Positions 49,901-61,092 of a stretch of DNA of 64,000 nt are shown here, one piece after another (positions within the stretch are counted from its first letter, which is position 1; each line of letters starts with the position of its first letter). Origin of the DNA: Monocercomonoides exilis PA203 (lineage: Eukaryota; Protista; Preaxostyla); contig LSRY02000005.1 in the NCBI GenBank assembly GCA_001643675.2, positions 1,364,001 to 1,428,000 of the forward strand, given 5' to 3'. Position numbers and translations under genes: made by a program. The notes beneath the pieces are model-generated. The model saw only the letters and a list, made by a program, of their open reading frames with translations, was not told the origin of the DNA and made no database searches.

Positions 49901-52900
49901 TGTCTTCTTTGTGTTTACAACTATCAATTCCATAAATCGCATTAATTCGTGAATAATGTCCCTCTCGAAGATCAAACTGAAATTGCCTTTCATTGATCTG
50001 TGACGTGATATTGAAACATTCGATGAAAACATCATTTCCAACTTTTGCTGTGTTTGCGCTGAATTTCATTCCCACAAATGTGAAATTAAGAAACCTTGTT
50101 TCCTTTGTTGCTAGATGCACTCCTCCTCCTCTTCCTGTGCTATTGTTGCAGCTGCAATGACTGATTGTTGACTCAATAATCTTCATCGATCCTGAAGCAC
50201 CCAATGTGAAGAATATTGCTCCTCCTTTTTCACTTTCTTCCGCTTTGCCTTCTGTGATGTTGCTCTCATTCACAGCCAAACAAATCTTTTTCTCACTCTT
50301 TGATTCCAAAATGCTTGCTCCATTGTCAGTTCTCTTCACTCCTGAAAATGATGATTTCTCGATCTCAAGATTTACAACATCTTCACTTCCTTCATTTATC
50401 TTCAATCCTGCTTCAGATTTCTTGATTGATAAAATGCATCCTCCACTTTCATTCAATGATTTCACATGAACATTCACCAAATGGCAAACAATTCCAGAAT
50501 CGTGAATGGTAAATATACTGTTTCCAACATTGCATGATTCCATCGACAAATCATTCACTTCCACAGTTCCTCCAATCGCATCCACAAATACGCAATCAAA
50601 TCCATTGTTCACTCTTGCTGCTGAATGGAATGAGCATCCAGTTATTTCCAACTCACCAGCTTTGTTTGAAATAACAGCATTGAATGAGTTATCGAATCCC
50701 GATGCAAGTTGAAGTTTGATGTTTGTCAATTCAAGATGAATATTATTTTCCATGAAATATTCCAGTTGACTTCCAACTGCCTTTTCAAAATTCAATATCG
50801 CTTTCACATTCTCTTCTCCCATCTTTACACTTTTTTTGATCTGATAATTGGACACATTGAATGAATCTTGAAAAACAGTTGATCCTTCAATCTGAATTGT
50901 TTTCTTTCCAATCTCCTTTTCCATGTTTTTCATCCCTTTCCACATCGTGAAGCAAGGCTCTTCTTCACTTCCACATCGTGCAACATCAAATCCACTCGAT
51001 GAGATAAATATTTCAAATGAGCTGTATGGAATCAGAAACATGAACAAATCTTTTTCTTGGTAATTGTTATCACTTCCAACAAATAGAGTCATATCATCCT
51101 TCATTGAAGAATAATCGAACTTGAATGAATCATTTGTGACTGTTTTGTTCAGATCAGCTACTGAAATGAACATATTCTTTCCGATTGCTGCCTTGTTGTT
51201 TTCAAATGTTACGCCAGCTTCAAAAATAAATGGATTTTCATTCAAACAATTTTGGCAATCCAAATACAAGAATCCTCCTTTTCCATTGTTCTTTAAAAGC
51301 GAACAAGATGATGCATTTGTCGATTTGATATCCAGTTTTTCATTCCCTTGCAATGTCACTTTTGCAACACCTCCTTCTTCTCTTTCGATATTTTCAATAT
51401 TCGAAAAGTTGCTGCTTTCAAACAAAACGGAAGAAGATATCATCAATGGAGATTCACCAAATGAGGAGTCATCCAAACTGCATCCTTCCATTGTGCAATT
51501 CAACAGTTTCACTCTGAATTCGTCTTCGCTCTCTCCTTCATTCATATTTCCTGATGAAGGAGAAATCGAAAACAGCGCAACTGATGATTTCACATCTGAA
51601 ATTGTGACAAACTCCAGCTCAACCATCTTTCCTGTTGATTTGATCAAGGAAAATCCAATTGTGTTCTGCTTCCCTCCAATCACGCTGATAGCACAGTTCT
51701 TCATGTGCAACTCTCCATTTTGAGTGGTTGATTCGATCACCGATGTGATTGTTCTGTTAAAACTTGATGGAACAATAATCCCAATAAATTCCATTTCTGT
51801 CACCAATGTTGATTTCAGAATACATTCTTCAGAACCACTCGCTTCCCTTTGGCATTCGATTTCCACAATTGTCTCGGATTTTGCTTTCACATTCATTCCT
51901 CCAACATCCAAGCATCCTGTTACAGATGAATTTGAACACACAATAATCTCCTGTTTAATATTCAGCGTTCTCTTCAAACGCCCCATCCCATAATTCACAT
52001 TCAAACATGGAGCCTTTTCCAGCCCACAATACACTTCCTCCACTCCAGATGTTCCATCCACATACACCGAATCAGAAGTATATCCGTCCAGAAATATAAA
52101 CAGGTTCACATCCCAATCCCTAAACATTTGAGTTCTGTCATGCCCAATAACTGAGTTGTCTTTTTCAGTGATGCTTCTCATGAAGGCGAACAAGGGTTCC
52201 CTTACAGAAGCGACAAGGGATTCGCACACAAAATACACATCTCTTCCGACACAGGCCTTGTTGGCTGAAAACACCACATTCATCATGGAAAAGGAGGATT
52301 CTGACACTTCTGAATCATCCTTGTACTCGATCATGAGAGCACCGCCTTTTCCTCCAGAACTCGTCTCCTCGCTCACACAACAGCTGGAGAAATTTGTGTC
52401 ACTTACTGAAAACGAGTTGGCAGAGGCAGATGAGGCAAATGAAATGCACCCGCCATTGGTGGCAGTCTGTTGGCTGAACTGTTCTGAGTTGATGTTGGTG
52501 ATGGTGCAGTTGGCGAGGGAGAGGGAGAGGGCAGGGGAGGTGGCAGAGGAGAGGACACAGCTGGTGGGGGAGGCAGTGGAGGTGATGTGAATGATGTTGG
52601 AGGAGTTGAGGGTGAGGGGAGCTGTGAGGGAGGTGAGGTGGAAGATGCTTTGGCTGTTAAGGGCGAGACTGGTGATTGCTGTGTGGTTGAGGGCGAGGGA
52701 GCCAGCAGTGAGGAAGAAGAGGGGCGTGGTGATTGATGATGAAGATGAGGTTGTTCCAGTGATGGTGGTTGTGTTGAGATTGAGGGAAGGGGAGTTACCG
52801 GAGAGGTGGAAGAGGATGGGTGCGATTTGATTTGATGAGTTGTGGGAGATGGCGAGGGCAGAGACTGTGAGTGAACCCTGAGTCTGTTGGAAGAGGGCAG

Positions 52901-55061
52901 ACGAGGCAGATGGATCTGGCGAAGAAGATGTTGATAATGATAATGAGGATGAAAATGATAATGTTGATTGTGATGACTGTGAATGTGAGTTTGATGGCTG
53001 GGGAATGCCACTGGAGGCAATGATGGTGGAATCTGTTCCATTTCCTGTGATTTTGATGCAAGAAGCGATGAAGGTGAGTGTTTGATTGGGGACAAATGTT
53101 GAGGCGAGGAGAGTGATAGAAGCTTCTTTGAACAAGCAAAACCCACAGATTGCATACTCAATCGTTGCACATGGAGAATGCTGAGGTGTGCCACAGCCAT
53201 CAACATCAATACCGCTTTTGGAAACGATTCTGCTCTGGGAGATGAATGGGAGCCAGCTGTTGTACTCAGAGTTTGTTGCAGTTTCATTATTCCACACTCT
53301 ATATTCCAGGGTTGTTGATCCACAGTTCTCGAATGGGGATTGAGTGATATTACTTCCACTGAAGAACACATCGTTTCCTCTTCCATTCGTAGCAGTGTTT
53401 CCATCGAAGAAGCAGAATTTGATGAATTTTATTTCATTCATCCAAGAGTAAGTTCCATCAAAGTATATTCCGGCACCGCCCCATGAGGTTGATGAAGTTA
53501 ATTTGTTATTGATGAACTGACACTCAACAACAAAAAATTGACTTAGTTTATTTTGTGGAGGCCAATGAAATGTGAGAGAACCAGCTGCATCACCACCAGT
53601 ATTTGCAATGCACTTGCATTTTGCAAACAAGAATTGGCCATTTGAGGGAAAATCACCTGTACAAAAATACCAACCAGTTCCACACCAATTTGTTATTTTA
53701 CAACTTTCCGCTCCGTTTTCTGAAATGCGATAAATTGAATTTGATCGAGGAGAATCAATGCAAGCTGCTCCTCCATGCAACGCCGAACAGATTGTGAAAT
53801 TGGATTTTGTGATATCAATTTTTAACAAATATCCACAATATAACGCTCCACCATGATCGCTTGTTGAACAATTGTTGAATGAACAAGAAGTGATTTCGAG
53901 ATTTGTATTTTCGCATTTAACATAAAGTGCTCCGCCCCAATCACTTCCACTGTTTGAATTATTCCATTCGCACCATTCAAAGCGATGACTGTTTGCATCG
54001 AACGAGTCCAATCTTCCAGGTTTCGCTCTTTGAGTTTCAGTTCCAACATGCACCACGGGGCCATTTGATAAAGAGCGTGTTTGGTGAAGAAAAGAGGAGT
54101 TGAAGGCAGAGAGAGAAGTTGTTGGGCTGTTGAGGTCGGGGAGGATGGCACCATCGATGGGGTTGTGAGTGTGTTGGAAGATGGTTGAGTGAATAGAGAG
54201 AGAGGAATGAAGAGAGAAGGAAGGGGTTGTGTTTGTGCTTGTGGTTGTGGTGTTTGTGTTTGTGGTGTTTGTGTTTGTGGTGTTTGTGTTTGTGGTGTTT
54301 GTGTTTGTGGTGGTGGTGAATGAGTTGTGTGTGTGTGTGGGTTTGGCAGGAATGGTGTATGTGGATTGTGGCGCAGTGGTGATGTTTGTGAAGAGTGTGC
54401 CCGAGAGATGGAGATCGAGGTGGATTTGAAGATGACGATAGAGAAGGGAAGAAGAAGAGGATGATGAAGGAGAAAAAAGGAAGGAATTGTGGAGGGAGAT
54501 GAAAGAGGAGAAAAAAGAATGAGAGATTGAGAAGGATGCGAGGATTGGTAAGTTGGCATTTTGGAGTAGATTTTGAGGAAGTGAGAAGAGAGGGAAGGAG
54601 AGGATGGCTGGTTGAGGGATGGTGAAGGAGAAGTTGGTGAGAGAGAGGGAGCTGTGAGAAGTGAGGAAAAGTGAGTGGCTGGCATCTGTGTGAATTCGAC
54701 AGAAAGAGGAGAAAATGGTGCATGATGAGTGATTTTGTGCAGCGAGGAACGCACAGCCACTGAGAGGTTCCATGGCGAGATCGCTCACACACAACGAGGC
54801 GTTGATGATATTCGCACTTGTTCGAGCACAACTGACACGATCGCCTGATGAAAATATGACTTTTGCTGCACCTATGCCATTTTTATTGTAGTATTTGTTG
54901 CTGCTGTTTTTAACGCTGATCGTGCTTTCTGGCATCTCCCAATTCATTTCTTGTTGATGTTGATTTTCTGCAATGCCTCTGTCATTGCAGCAATTGAAAA
55001 CAACAAATACCAGAGCAATAATATTTATTGAAGTTTTTGCGCTAGTGGAGAACCTCGCCAT
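46917..55061 (-). CDS. Giant single-pass surface protein (2714 aa), paralog of 3701-13516: 4 Cys-capped beta-helix modules, TM helix, degenerate kinase C-lobe
   Basis: Uninterrupted ORF with N-terminal hydrophobic signal, four CG...PC motifs, TM LIVVILAVLFLIVLIGFILFVV, RWKAPE and VFSIGMMLWE. Confidence 0.88.
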   Translation of the reverse strand: MARFSTSAKTSINIIALVFVVFNCCNDRGIAENQHQQEMNWEMPESTISVKNSSNKYYNKNGIGAAKVIFSSGDRVSCARTSANIINASLCVSDLAMEPLSGCAFLAAQNHSSCTIFSSFCRIHTDASHSLFLTSHSSLSLTNFSFTIPQPAILSFPLFSLPQNLLQNANLPILASFSISHSFFSSFISLHNSFLFSPSSSSSSSLLYRHLQIHLDLHLSGTLFTNITTAPQSTYTIPAKPTHTHNSFTTTTNTNTTNTNTTNTNTTNTNTTTTSTNTTPSFSLHSSLSIHSTIFQHTHNPIDGAILPDLNSPTTSLSAFNSSFLHQTRSLSNGPVVHVGTETQRAKPGRLDSFDANSHRFEWCEWNNSNSGSDWGGALYVKCENTNLEITSCSFNNCSTSDHGGALYCGYLLKIDITKSNFTICSALHGGAACIDSPRSNSIYRISENGAESCKITNWCGTGWYFCTGDFPSNGQFLFAKCKCIANTGGDAAGSLTFHWPPQNKLSQFFVVECQFINNKLTSSTSWGGAGIYFDGTYSWMNEIKFIKFCFFDGNTATNGRGNDVFFSGSNITQSPFENCGSTTLEYRVWNNETATNSEYNSWLPFISQSRIVSKSGIDVDGCGTPQHSPCATIEYAICGFCLFKEASITLLASTFVPNQTLTFIASCIKITGNGTDSTIIASSGIPQPSNSHSQSSQSTLSFSSSLSLSTSSSPDPSASSALFQQTQGSLTVSALAISHNSSNQIAPILFHLSGNSPSLNLNTTTITGTTSSSSSITTPLFFLTAGSLALNHTAITSLALNSQSIFHLTSLTAPLTLNSSNIIHITSTASPTSCVLSSATSPALSLSLANCTITNINSEQFSQQTATNGGCISFASSASANSFSVSDTNFSSCCVSEETSSGGKGGALMIEYKDDSEVSESSFSMMNVVFSANKACVGRDVYFVCESLVASVREPLFAFMRSITEKDNSVIGHDRTQMFRDWDVNLFIFLDGYTSDSVYVDGTSGVEEVYCGLEKAPCLNVNYGMGRLKRTLNIKQEIIVCSNSSVTGCLDVGGMNVKAKSETIVEIECQREASGSEECILKSTLVTEMEFIGIIVPSSFNRTITSVIESTTQNGELHMKNCAISVIGGKQNTIGFSLIKSTGKMVELEFVTISDVKSSVALFSISPSSGNMNEGESEDEFRVKLLNCTMEGCSLDDSSFGESPLMISSSVLFESSNFSNIENIEREEGGVAKVTLQGNEKLDIKSTNASSCSLLKNNGKGGFLYLDCQNCLNENPFIFEAGVTFENNKAAIGKNMFISVADLNKTVTNDSFKFDYSSMKDDMTLFVGSDNNYQEKDLFMFLIPYSSFEIFISSSGFDVARCGSEEEPCFTMWKGMKNMEKEIGKKTIQIEGSTVFQDSFNVSNYQIKKSVKMGEENVKAILNFEKAVGSQLEYFMENNIHLELTNIKLQLASGFDNSFNAVISNKAGELEITGCSFHSAARVNNGFDCVFVDAIGGTVEVNDLSMESCNVGNSIFTIHDSGIVCHLVNVHVKSLNESGGCILSIKKSEAGLKINEGSEDVVNLEIEKSSFSGVKRTDNGASILESKSEKKICLAVNESNITEGKAEESEKGGAIFFTLGASGSMKIIESTISHCSCNNSTGRGGGVHLATKETRFLNFTFVGMKFSANTAKVGNDVFIECFNITSQINERQFQFDLREGHYSRINAIYGIDSCKHKEDTDLIDFVTIHQSDTIIVSSVSGSDERQCGTNTLPCYSIDYGLMHLTSDFMSVMIVVAESVIGEEINLEEMSLSSRNRENCEVEVKSNIGKTRSVLVTTTGTVSLVRVNFVFDSNFISSHESLISPEGEILEIMNCSFTTKQLTEGENVVFANIPFHIFNMAKGELQLMECKVNNLILHKSALYLSSPLPSVIDSLTICNSTIETSLIEINECGQLTIKDFNTENITVEGNEESLISCLAMKKAVQLTNCTMGGINSQTTKGKLMKVEDCVDVEIDNCIFDGSSNKRNEQTFNEGEEMCRWDGSLVNIVRSSVMMKDTTLSNSAEGGITMSGGEMIVNDGRFENNNPTFEGYPSLRRNIICSDSGTLNVRSLKGGDGVLPNTSLWMLNDGCSFEGIVSERDSSFFIPVLESVEAKEEANRMKLTFKGLLLVPCNLTFSIVKRKGEEKEIEKYDFDENRFLSEKEVEGSVAKDLISSCGNEIEVSVHILFGDAENPSSTNSFILKNRSEVEPKGDERNVEGGKEGKSIWPLIVVILAVLFLIVLIGFILFVVRWKKAKERTEELEEIVNDTVKKDPKLIEMVTMEMSPEEQWRRAEREAEKKNEERIKKRINGKEMVHSESEEYLLSESGSTEYILGKDSDKIPEWMLEKADEKEEEEETRKRSPSPSISSTSTTDSDSTFVRGESLCPTTSSMSNLVDAMACSSPHEKLIVDLRDSLFMLLHGRNEKKEMAIGSLKEREQTAAQILFWVANGALHSFDEMENPLSSLANLSPHIVLFSEHMVICIAMHSDCSSDDSSDSSSISSLTIVSSSSNISLMSERFTDSPPPSSAFEDDENTRKEFLRWKAPELLMNKKMGATKESVVFSIGMMLWECLTLQIPFGDYEGEVAGQKIANDERPDMSIITGSSLKEIVKKCMLNDEESRPMLTHLKREFFEKFPAGATMITMTDAIRIEESSSENDGHGSTEDGSELISLADDVSSKMKDEEQRQDVSVKI
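54228..54317. repeat. Coding minisatellite (about 15-nt unit) encoding (TNTNT)n
   Basis: gtgtttgtgtttgtg units; translation TTTTNTNTTNTNTTNTNTTNTNTTTT. Confidence 0.85.
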
Positions 55062-55779
55062 GGAAGAAGATGAAAGAAAAAACTGAAAATAAAAATTCCT
55101 GCGCCCAATATATTTTATAATCGCAACTTAATTTGAATTAAAAAATTCAAATTTTCAGTGGATTCAGAAGTTATCATAAATTTATAAGAATTTGATATAA
55201 TCTTTTTTGTTTCAAATAAGTTTTTTGGTTTATTTTTTATGTATTCACATTTTTTCTGAAATAAACTTGTTTTGTGCATTTTCTGAAAATTAATTATTCT
55301 TCCATATTTCTGAAGTTTTTATAAAATAAGTGACATTATCTTTTTAATCTTTATTTTAATTGCCGTTTGTTTTTTGAAGAATAACAAAATAAAATTGATT
55401 TTGCTGAAAAAAATCAATAATTTTCGTTCTTCTCTTCTTTTGGGGGAAAAAAGAGAAATTACTTTTGAAAAAATAATTTCGCAACAGTTTGTGAATGAAT
55501 AATTATTAAGAATCAAATCTTAAAGCTGATGTCTAAATATTTCTGAAATTGTTTTTTTAAATCTTTGAAAGGTATTACTATCTTTCGAAATAATCTGCAA
55601 AAGAATTATTTCCAAAAGTTTTTGATGAAAGTTTTTATTTATTTATTTATTTATTTTTAAATTTTTGTTCACACACTTTTTTGTCAATACAGAAAAATGC
55701 ATTGAAATTTTTTTTGTTTGTAATTTGAAGTGAAAAAAAATATAAATATAAATATAAATATAAAAATTGTCTAGAAAAA

Positions 55780-57010
55780 TGCACACTTTAATTATGAAAT
55801 TTGTGGAATTTTTGGTGATCATTACCTTCCACGTGAAACTGCACGGAATGAACAGCAGACCTACAAAAACATAATCAAAGTTATCTCCATTCTGTGTCGA
55901 GTTGAATGCAAGGAGAATTGGCTCAAAACGAAAGCTGAACGACGAAGCAAATGCTGTGGAGTGTGTTCTAACTCCGTCATTTGCCTCTGATGCTCCCTTT
56001 GTCAGTGTGCAGTCTGTGTTCTCCAGCCAGAAGTTGCTGCCTCCTGTCGCAGACCCATCCCCGCCTGCTGGTGGATACAGCGTCAGCGCTGCTTCGTCTC
56101 TGCAGCGCACGTTTTTGCGGAACCAAAGTCAGTTTGGGTCTTTTGGATCGTTGTTCAAGAAATTCATCTCGCGCAGTGTGATTGAACCGCCAGACACAAA
56201 CAGAGCACCTGCACTGCAATTGGCAAAGATGGTGTAATTCATCGAAGTGGAACAGTCTTTCAGCTTCATAAATCCTGTCTCCCACGAGCAGGCATATGTC
56301 TCATCGCTGTCTCCTTCGCCTTCTTCGTTTGTCTTCTTTGATGCTCTAATGAGTATTTTTAACATTAATTGAATAAAAATTTTAAAAAGAATTAAAATAC
56401 AATAATCAAATAAAATAATAAAAATAAAATACCTTTCATCGGATTGATTCTTGCTTTCAGCAAGAACTACGCTAAATGTGCAATCTGTCAAGATGACCTC
56501 ATAATTCGCAACTGAAACTGGCAGAATTCGACGTCTGAGTCTGCTGCCGGATGCAAAGAGCAATTCGAAATGTTGACTTTGTTGAAGAATATGGAACTTG
56601 TTGGCTCATTCGAAGGTTTGCTTTGATTGCTGTTGTCTTCCCAATTCATTTCTCCGAATGAAGACTTTTTGCTGAAGGACTTTGGCAGCACTCGAAACGC
56701 ACTTGACGCTGAAGAATCCATTCCATCAACAATTCCGCCTTCTTTCGTGATGTTTATGTTTGTGAAATTGCAAAATGAAAGCGTCAGATTAGCTTGGCTC
56801 GAGAGCTTAATGAACGATGTTTTCTCCAACCACAAATCCTTCACTGCGCAGTCTGTAAGTTCAAGTGAGCCAGAAGCCATGTTGATCACATTGAAGTTCA
56901 GTGACGTGTTTGTGGCATACTCAAAGCCACGAGAAAAGAGACACCCAACAAAACTCAGCAATCCGCTGCTTCCCTTGAATATCTCGCTCTGAGAAGATCT
57001 CAGCGGAACT
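55780..57010 (-). pseudogene. Relic ectodomain fragment of the giant surface-protein family
   Basis: CSWETGFMKLKDC..AGALFVSGG..FLNNDP*..RKNVRC..GGDG..FWL aligns by eye with CKWNSSLI..GGI..FFNNNP..RRNIIC..GGDG..LWV of the intact paralogs. In-frame TGA at 56129-56131 and a frame change near 56560; no TM or kinase part found. Confidence 0.65.
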
Positions 57011-57247
57011 GAAGAAACAAAATAGATCAGAACAAAGAAGATAATTACAAAGATTTATTTTCATGATCAAATTATCGATAAAAGCAAAATTTTTAAACAA
57101 ATTTATTCTATTTCATGGGCAATGTTATGGGATCAAAAAACGGTTAAAAAGTTTAAAAAATTAAAAAAATCAATTTCATTAAGAAAAGATTAAAAACAAA
57201 ATTAATATATTCAATTAAAAAATTTCACAGAAAATCACAAAAGAATT

Positions 57248-57319
57248 TGCGGTAGCTGGGATTCGAGCCCAGGTTATCACGGCCACAACGTGAAGTACTA
57301 ACCACTATACTACTACCGC
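57248..57319 (-). tRNA. tRNA-His (GTG)
   Basis: Cloverleaf GCGGTAG/CTACCGC, D-arm with AGTGG, TCACG-TTGTGGC-CGTGA, CTGGG-CTCGAAT-CCCAG, discriminator A, downstream TTTT. Confidence 0.93.
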
Positions 57320-58319
57320 TCGTTAGAAAAGAAAATTTTGTCTATTTAATTTAAATATAATATTTTATTATTTGATTATTGTTTAAATAATGATCAATAT
57401 CAAATAATTGAAATGTGGACATGTGCGGGAAATTTTATATTGTTATGAAAAAAACTGTAATTCATTCCAAAATTTTTCAGCAATCGTATCATTAAAAATT
57501 AACCGTAACAATGCAAAAAATTACAAAGAAATTCAAAAATTGAGAAAATATTTTGAAAATATCGAATGGAACATAATTCATAAAGTTAAATATTTTGTCT
57601 CTTGTGATAAATAATTGGAAATATTTTATAATATTTTTGAGAAATAATTATTTGTGAAAGGAATTCCAGTTGATTGGACGAACTATTTCACATTACGATT
57701 TTTGTTCCATTCAATTTTTTGTTGAGTTTTTCTCATTAAATATAATTTGCAATATTTCTTTTTTTTATAGAAAAAGAATGTGAGACTTATTATGACATGA
57801 TCTTTGAAAAAGTCTGAAACAAATAATTGCTTTTTTCATAAATGCAAAAAATTTGCGCCAAATTGAAAATTTCAAGATTATTGTTAAATTTTGCCTCATA
57901 GAGTGTTCATATTTTATTTTTCCAATTAAAAATTAATGAAAGAAAATATAATACATGGTTTAAATTTTAACTTAAAAATTTAAAAGTGGAATAAGATAAA
58001 TAACAGAATTAACATCGGTAATTCACAGATAAAAAACAGAATCATAAGTATTATCTGAAATATACAAAAACATTCCTGACTGAAATTTTTCTTTCGTAAA
58101 AATCTCAATTCATCATTTGGTCAAAAAAAGATATATAAATAAATAAAAAGGCAGATCCTCAATAAATTTTAATTTCACATAAGCTTTATTTCTGTTAATA
58201 AAAGTAATAAAGGATCTTCAACATTAAAAATATAATCAGAGATAACAACAATTTCATACAAAAAGATAAATGTTTGTTTTCCTTTCCTTTCTTCTAATTC
58301 TTCTTCTTCCTCCTCCTCA

Positions 58320-60799
58320 TTAATCATCCAAATCTGGTAGTTTGTGGGTTATCATAATCACTAAATCAAACAGCCCTTCTTCTTCCAGAAATCTCATCGA
58401 CTCCTTGCACACTTCTAGTGACATTATTTTTGTTCGTATTTCTTTCCTTTTCTTCTTTCTCTTTCTCGTCATTTCTTTCTCCGCTTTCATTTGCTTCCGC
58501 TCTTCCCTCATCCTCTCCTTCTCTTGCTGCATATCTTTTATCTTCTTTCTCTTTGTATTAACACTCCCAATTTGTGCAGTCATTCCCTTCTGCGCCAATA
58601 TTTCATTTATTTCATCAGTTTTCTCAGAAAATTTTTGTGAGTTAATTAAATACTCCTTCCTTCTCTTTCGCTTCTTGTCGTCTGATTCGCTGTCATCGGC
58701 GGTTCTATTGTTGCTGCCTTCATGTTCCGTCGTTGTCTCTTCCTCTGCCAATGCAGCCGAAATATCTCTTAAAGATTTCCTTCTTCGCTTTAACAACCGA
58801 TCCCACAATTCCTCCGCCCAGGAAATACTTTCGTTGTATTCAGAAAAAATGCTCTCATTAAATGCATATGAACAGAACATCTTTAAAATCCTTGTTCTTC
58901 CAATCCATTCCACAACATCTTTATCGCGTCCTCTTTTTATAACATTGCATAATATCGCATGCATCAATCCTTTGAATCGTGTAAACATTTGCTTTTGCTC
59001 AAAAAGTTTCGTAAGCATTGACACAAATCCAGGAATGTGATACAACACTGGAAAATATGTTCTGCAAGGAGGTCCACTTCTTCGTTGGGCAATGCTGTTG
59101 TTCAAAGCATCTTTGAAATGCACATCCTTTTCATTGTCCTTGCTCTTCCTTTGTTTGCAGCTCTTTTTCTTTTTCGTTCTCTTTTCGCTAGAATCTGATT
59201 TTCTTTCTGCCTCATTTCCTTTTTTGGATTCAGCACAGCTACTTTCATTGATGCATTCCCCTGGTTCCGTTTCTTGTAGTTCTTCCGCGTTTGATGAAGG
59301 GAAACAATCAGCTAGATCTTCCTTCAATGCACGTTCAAGGTAGAAATCTTCAATTAGATCACTTTCAAAATCAAATTCAAAAAAGACTTCCAGCAACTGC
59401 GTTGTTTCGCAAATAAGATGGTCAGCTGCAGATTTTTCAAACCTTAAGGAAACAAGAATTAAGATGTAAATCACATGAAAAAAAAATAACAAGATTCATG
59501 AAAAGAATATAATTTTTCGTATTGTTTACAAAATAAAGTCAAAAAATAATAATAAACAATTATATACATAAAGTTAAACAGTTTGAAATCTAATATTCTT
59601 GAATTTCCATTTAGACCAAATTCATGCTCCACTGTGCATACCATGTTTGAGGCTTCTCCACAAAATAAACAGGCGATTCGATGCATTCCGATGGCCATTG
59701 GCAAAACTTCGGATGGTTCGATGGGAAAGGTGAGGAAACAGGAGGATAAAACCCGGGATCCAAAGGCATGGAAGGTAAAGCCTGAAACTTTTGTTGGAGT
59801 GAACTCGAACAGATAGCAGAAGCAGAGGTTGAAGCAGAAGCATCCGAAGGAGATGACGATGGCAGGTGCATAGCAGAGTAACAGCTTGTATCATTAATTA
59901 GAAAAGATGGATAGCTATTTATGAATGGAACTAGAATTTCTGCAATGTTTGTTTCCAGGTTCAATAGCTCCAAAACTCTTGAATTCAAGAAAACAAACGA
60001 ATGTATAACATGAACAGCTTCAGAGACAACGTTCACACATGGATGATACAAAAATGGGATGACGCGTCGCGCAACATGCTCGTGATTTATTAATGCAATT
60101 ATAACTTTAAGATTCAAATAAAATTTCGTAATATCATTGATTACATATTCAGAATAATATTTAATTGGATCGTGTTTTTAATTCACCGAGAGAACACACA
60201 AATAAGTACTATATAAAAAAGGTCCTTTTAACAGATAGCAAACCTTCTCTACCTGAACCTTCAATTATGCAAGCCAGCGCATATAACAACTGCCCAGCTT
60301 CTGCATAATACTCTTCTGACAATGCCTTTCTTTCCGCAATATCCAATAATTCTGGAACCAAAGAATGTCTCTCATTAGGACTTAATTTTGAATATTTCAG
60401 ATAAGCAAAAAATGCATGAATTGCGTTTTCATGGGCAGATTCAGACATTGTTTCCATTTGACATAGAGAAAGTAAAGAGTTTCTCATTTTCATAGAAATA
60501 TTCTCTTCAAAACTATAAAATTCATTATGACAGTCCCACCATGTGTCAGTGCTTCCCCAAAATAGTTGTTGCTTTACAATCCTTATAATTTGCTCTTTCA
60601 TTTCTAAAGGAAGTTCCAATGCCTTCTCCATTAAATTGTGTATTACGGTACTAAATCTAAGAAATATATTGTACTCGAGTAAACTTGCATTAAACTTGCT
60701 TGTAAGCTTGTCAAATTCGTCAATATCATTTGAACAATAAGAATTATCTTCGATTTTCTTTAGCAGAACTGTTAGAGGAATTAGTTTGTTAGCAGTCAT
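58320..60799 (-). CDS. Uncharacterized helical (ARM/HEAT-like) protein with lysine-rich C-terminus (713 aa); exons 60799-60244, 60104-59642, 59442-58320
   Basis: Three ORFs join in frame via GTTTGC..AAG and GTATGC..AAG introns. The fold assignment is only an impression from amphipathic helices. Confidence 0.65.
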
Positions 60800-61092
60800 T
60801 AAAAATCGAAATAAATGAATAATCTCAAACTCGTTCCTTGCTCAATCACCAATCCTCCAAATTCATTAACATCAGAATTATCATTGTTTTCCATTCAACT
60901 TTTTTTTTATGGTTTTCAAAATTCATCGACCATTTTGGCATGGTTCAAATCACTCAAATGTCTTCACCAAAAAAAGTTGTTATTAAATACATAATTTTCT
61001 GGCTTTTTTCGAATGTCCTCGAAAAAATATTTTTATTTTGGGATTGAATAAAAATTATTGCTATCTTTTTGCGAAATTTTTAACGAATGCTC

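Noticed and set aside
47121-54831. Long antisense and off-frame ORFs (e.g. 48484-49263, 52403-53404, 53822-54760) in the giant gene
   Set aside because: They are explained by the codon bias of the main ORF, and their products are compositionally biased with no domain signal.
56129-56131. In-frame TGA as selenocysteine or readthrough
   Set aside because: It lies in a fragment that also has a frameshift and lacks both ends, and the aligned position in the paralogs is not Cys.
59471-59894. Programmed frameshift among three overlapping open frames in the 58-61 kb gene
   Set aside because: A single GTATGC..AAG intron (59641-59443) joins the main frames without any shift.
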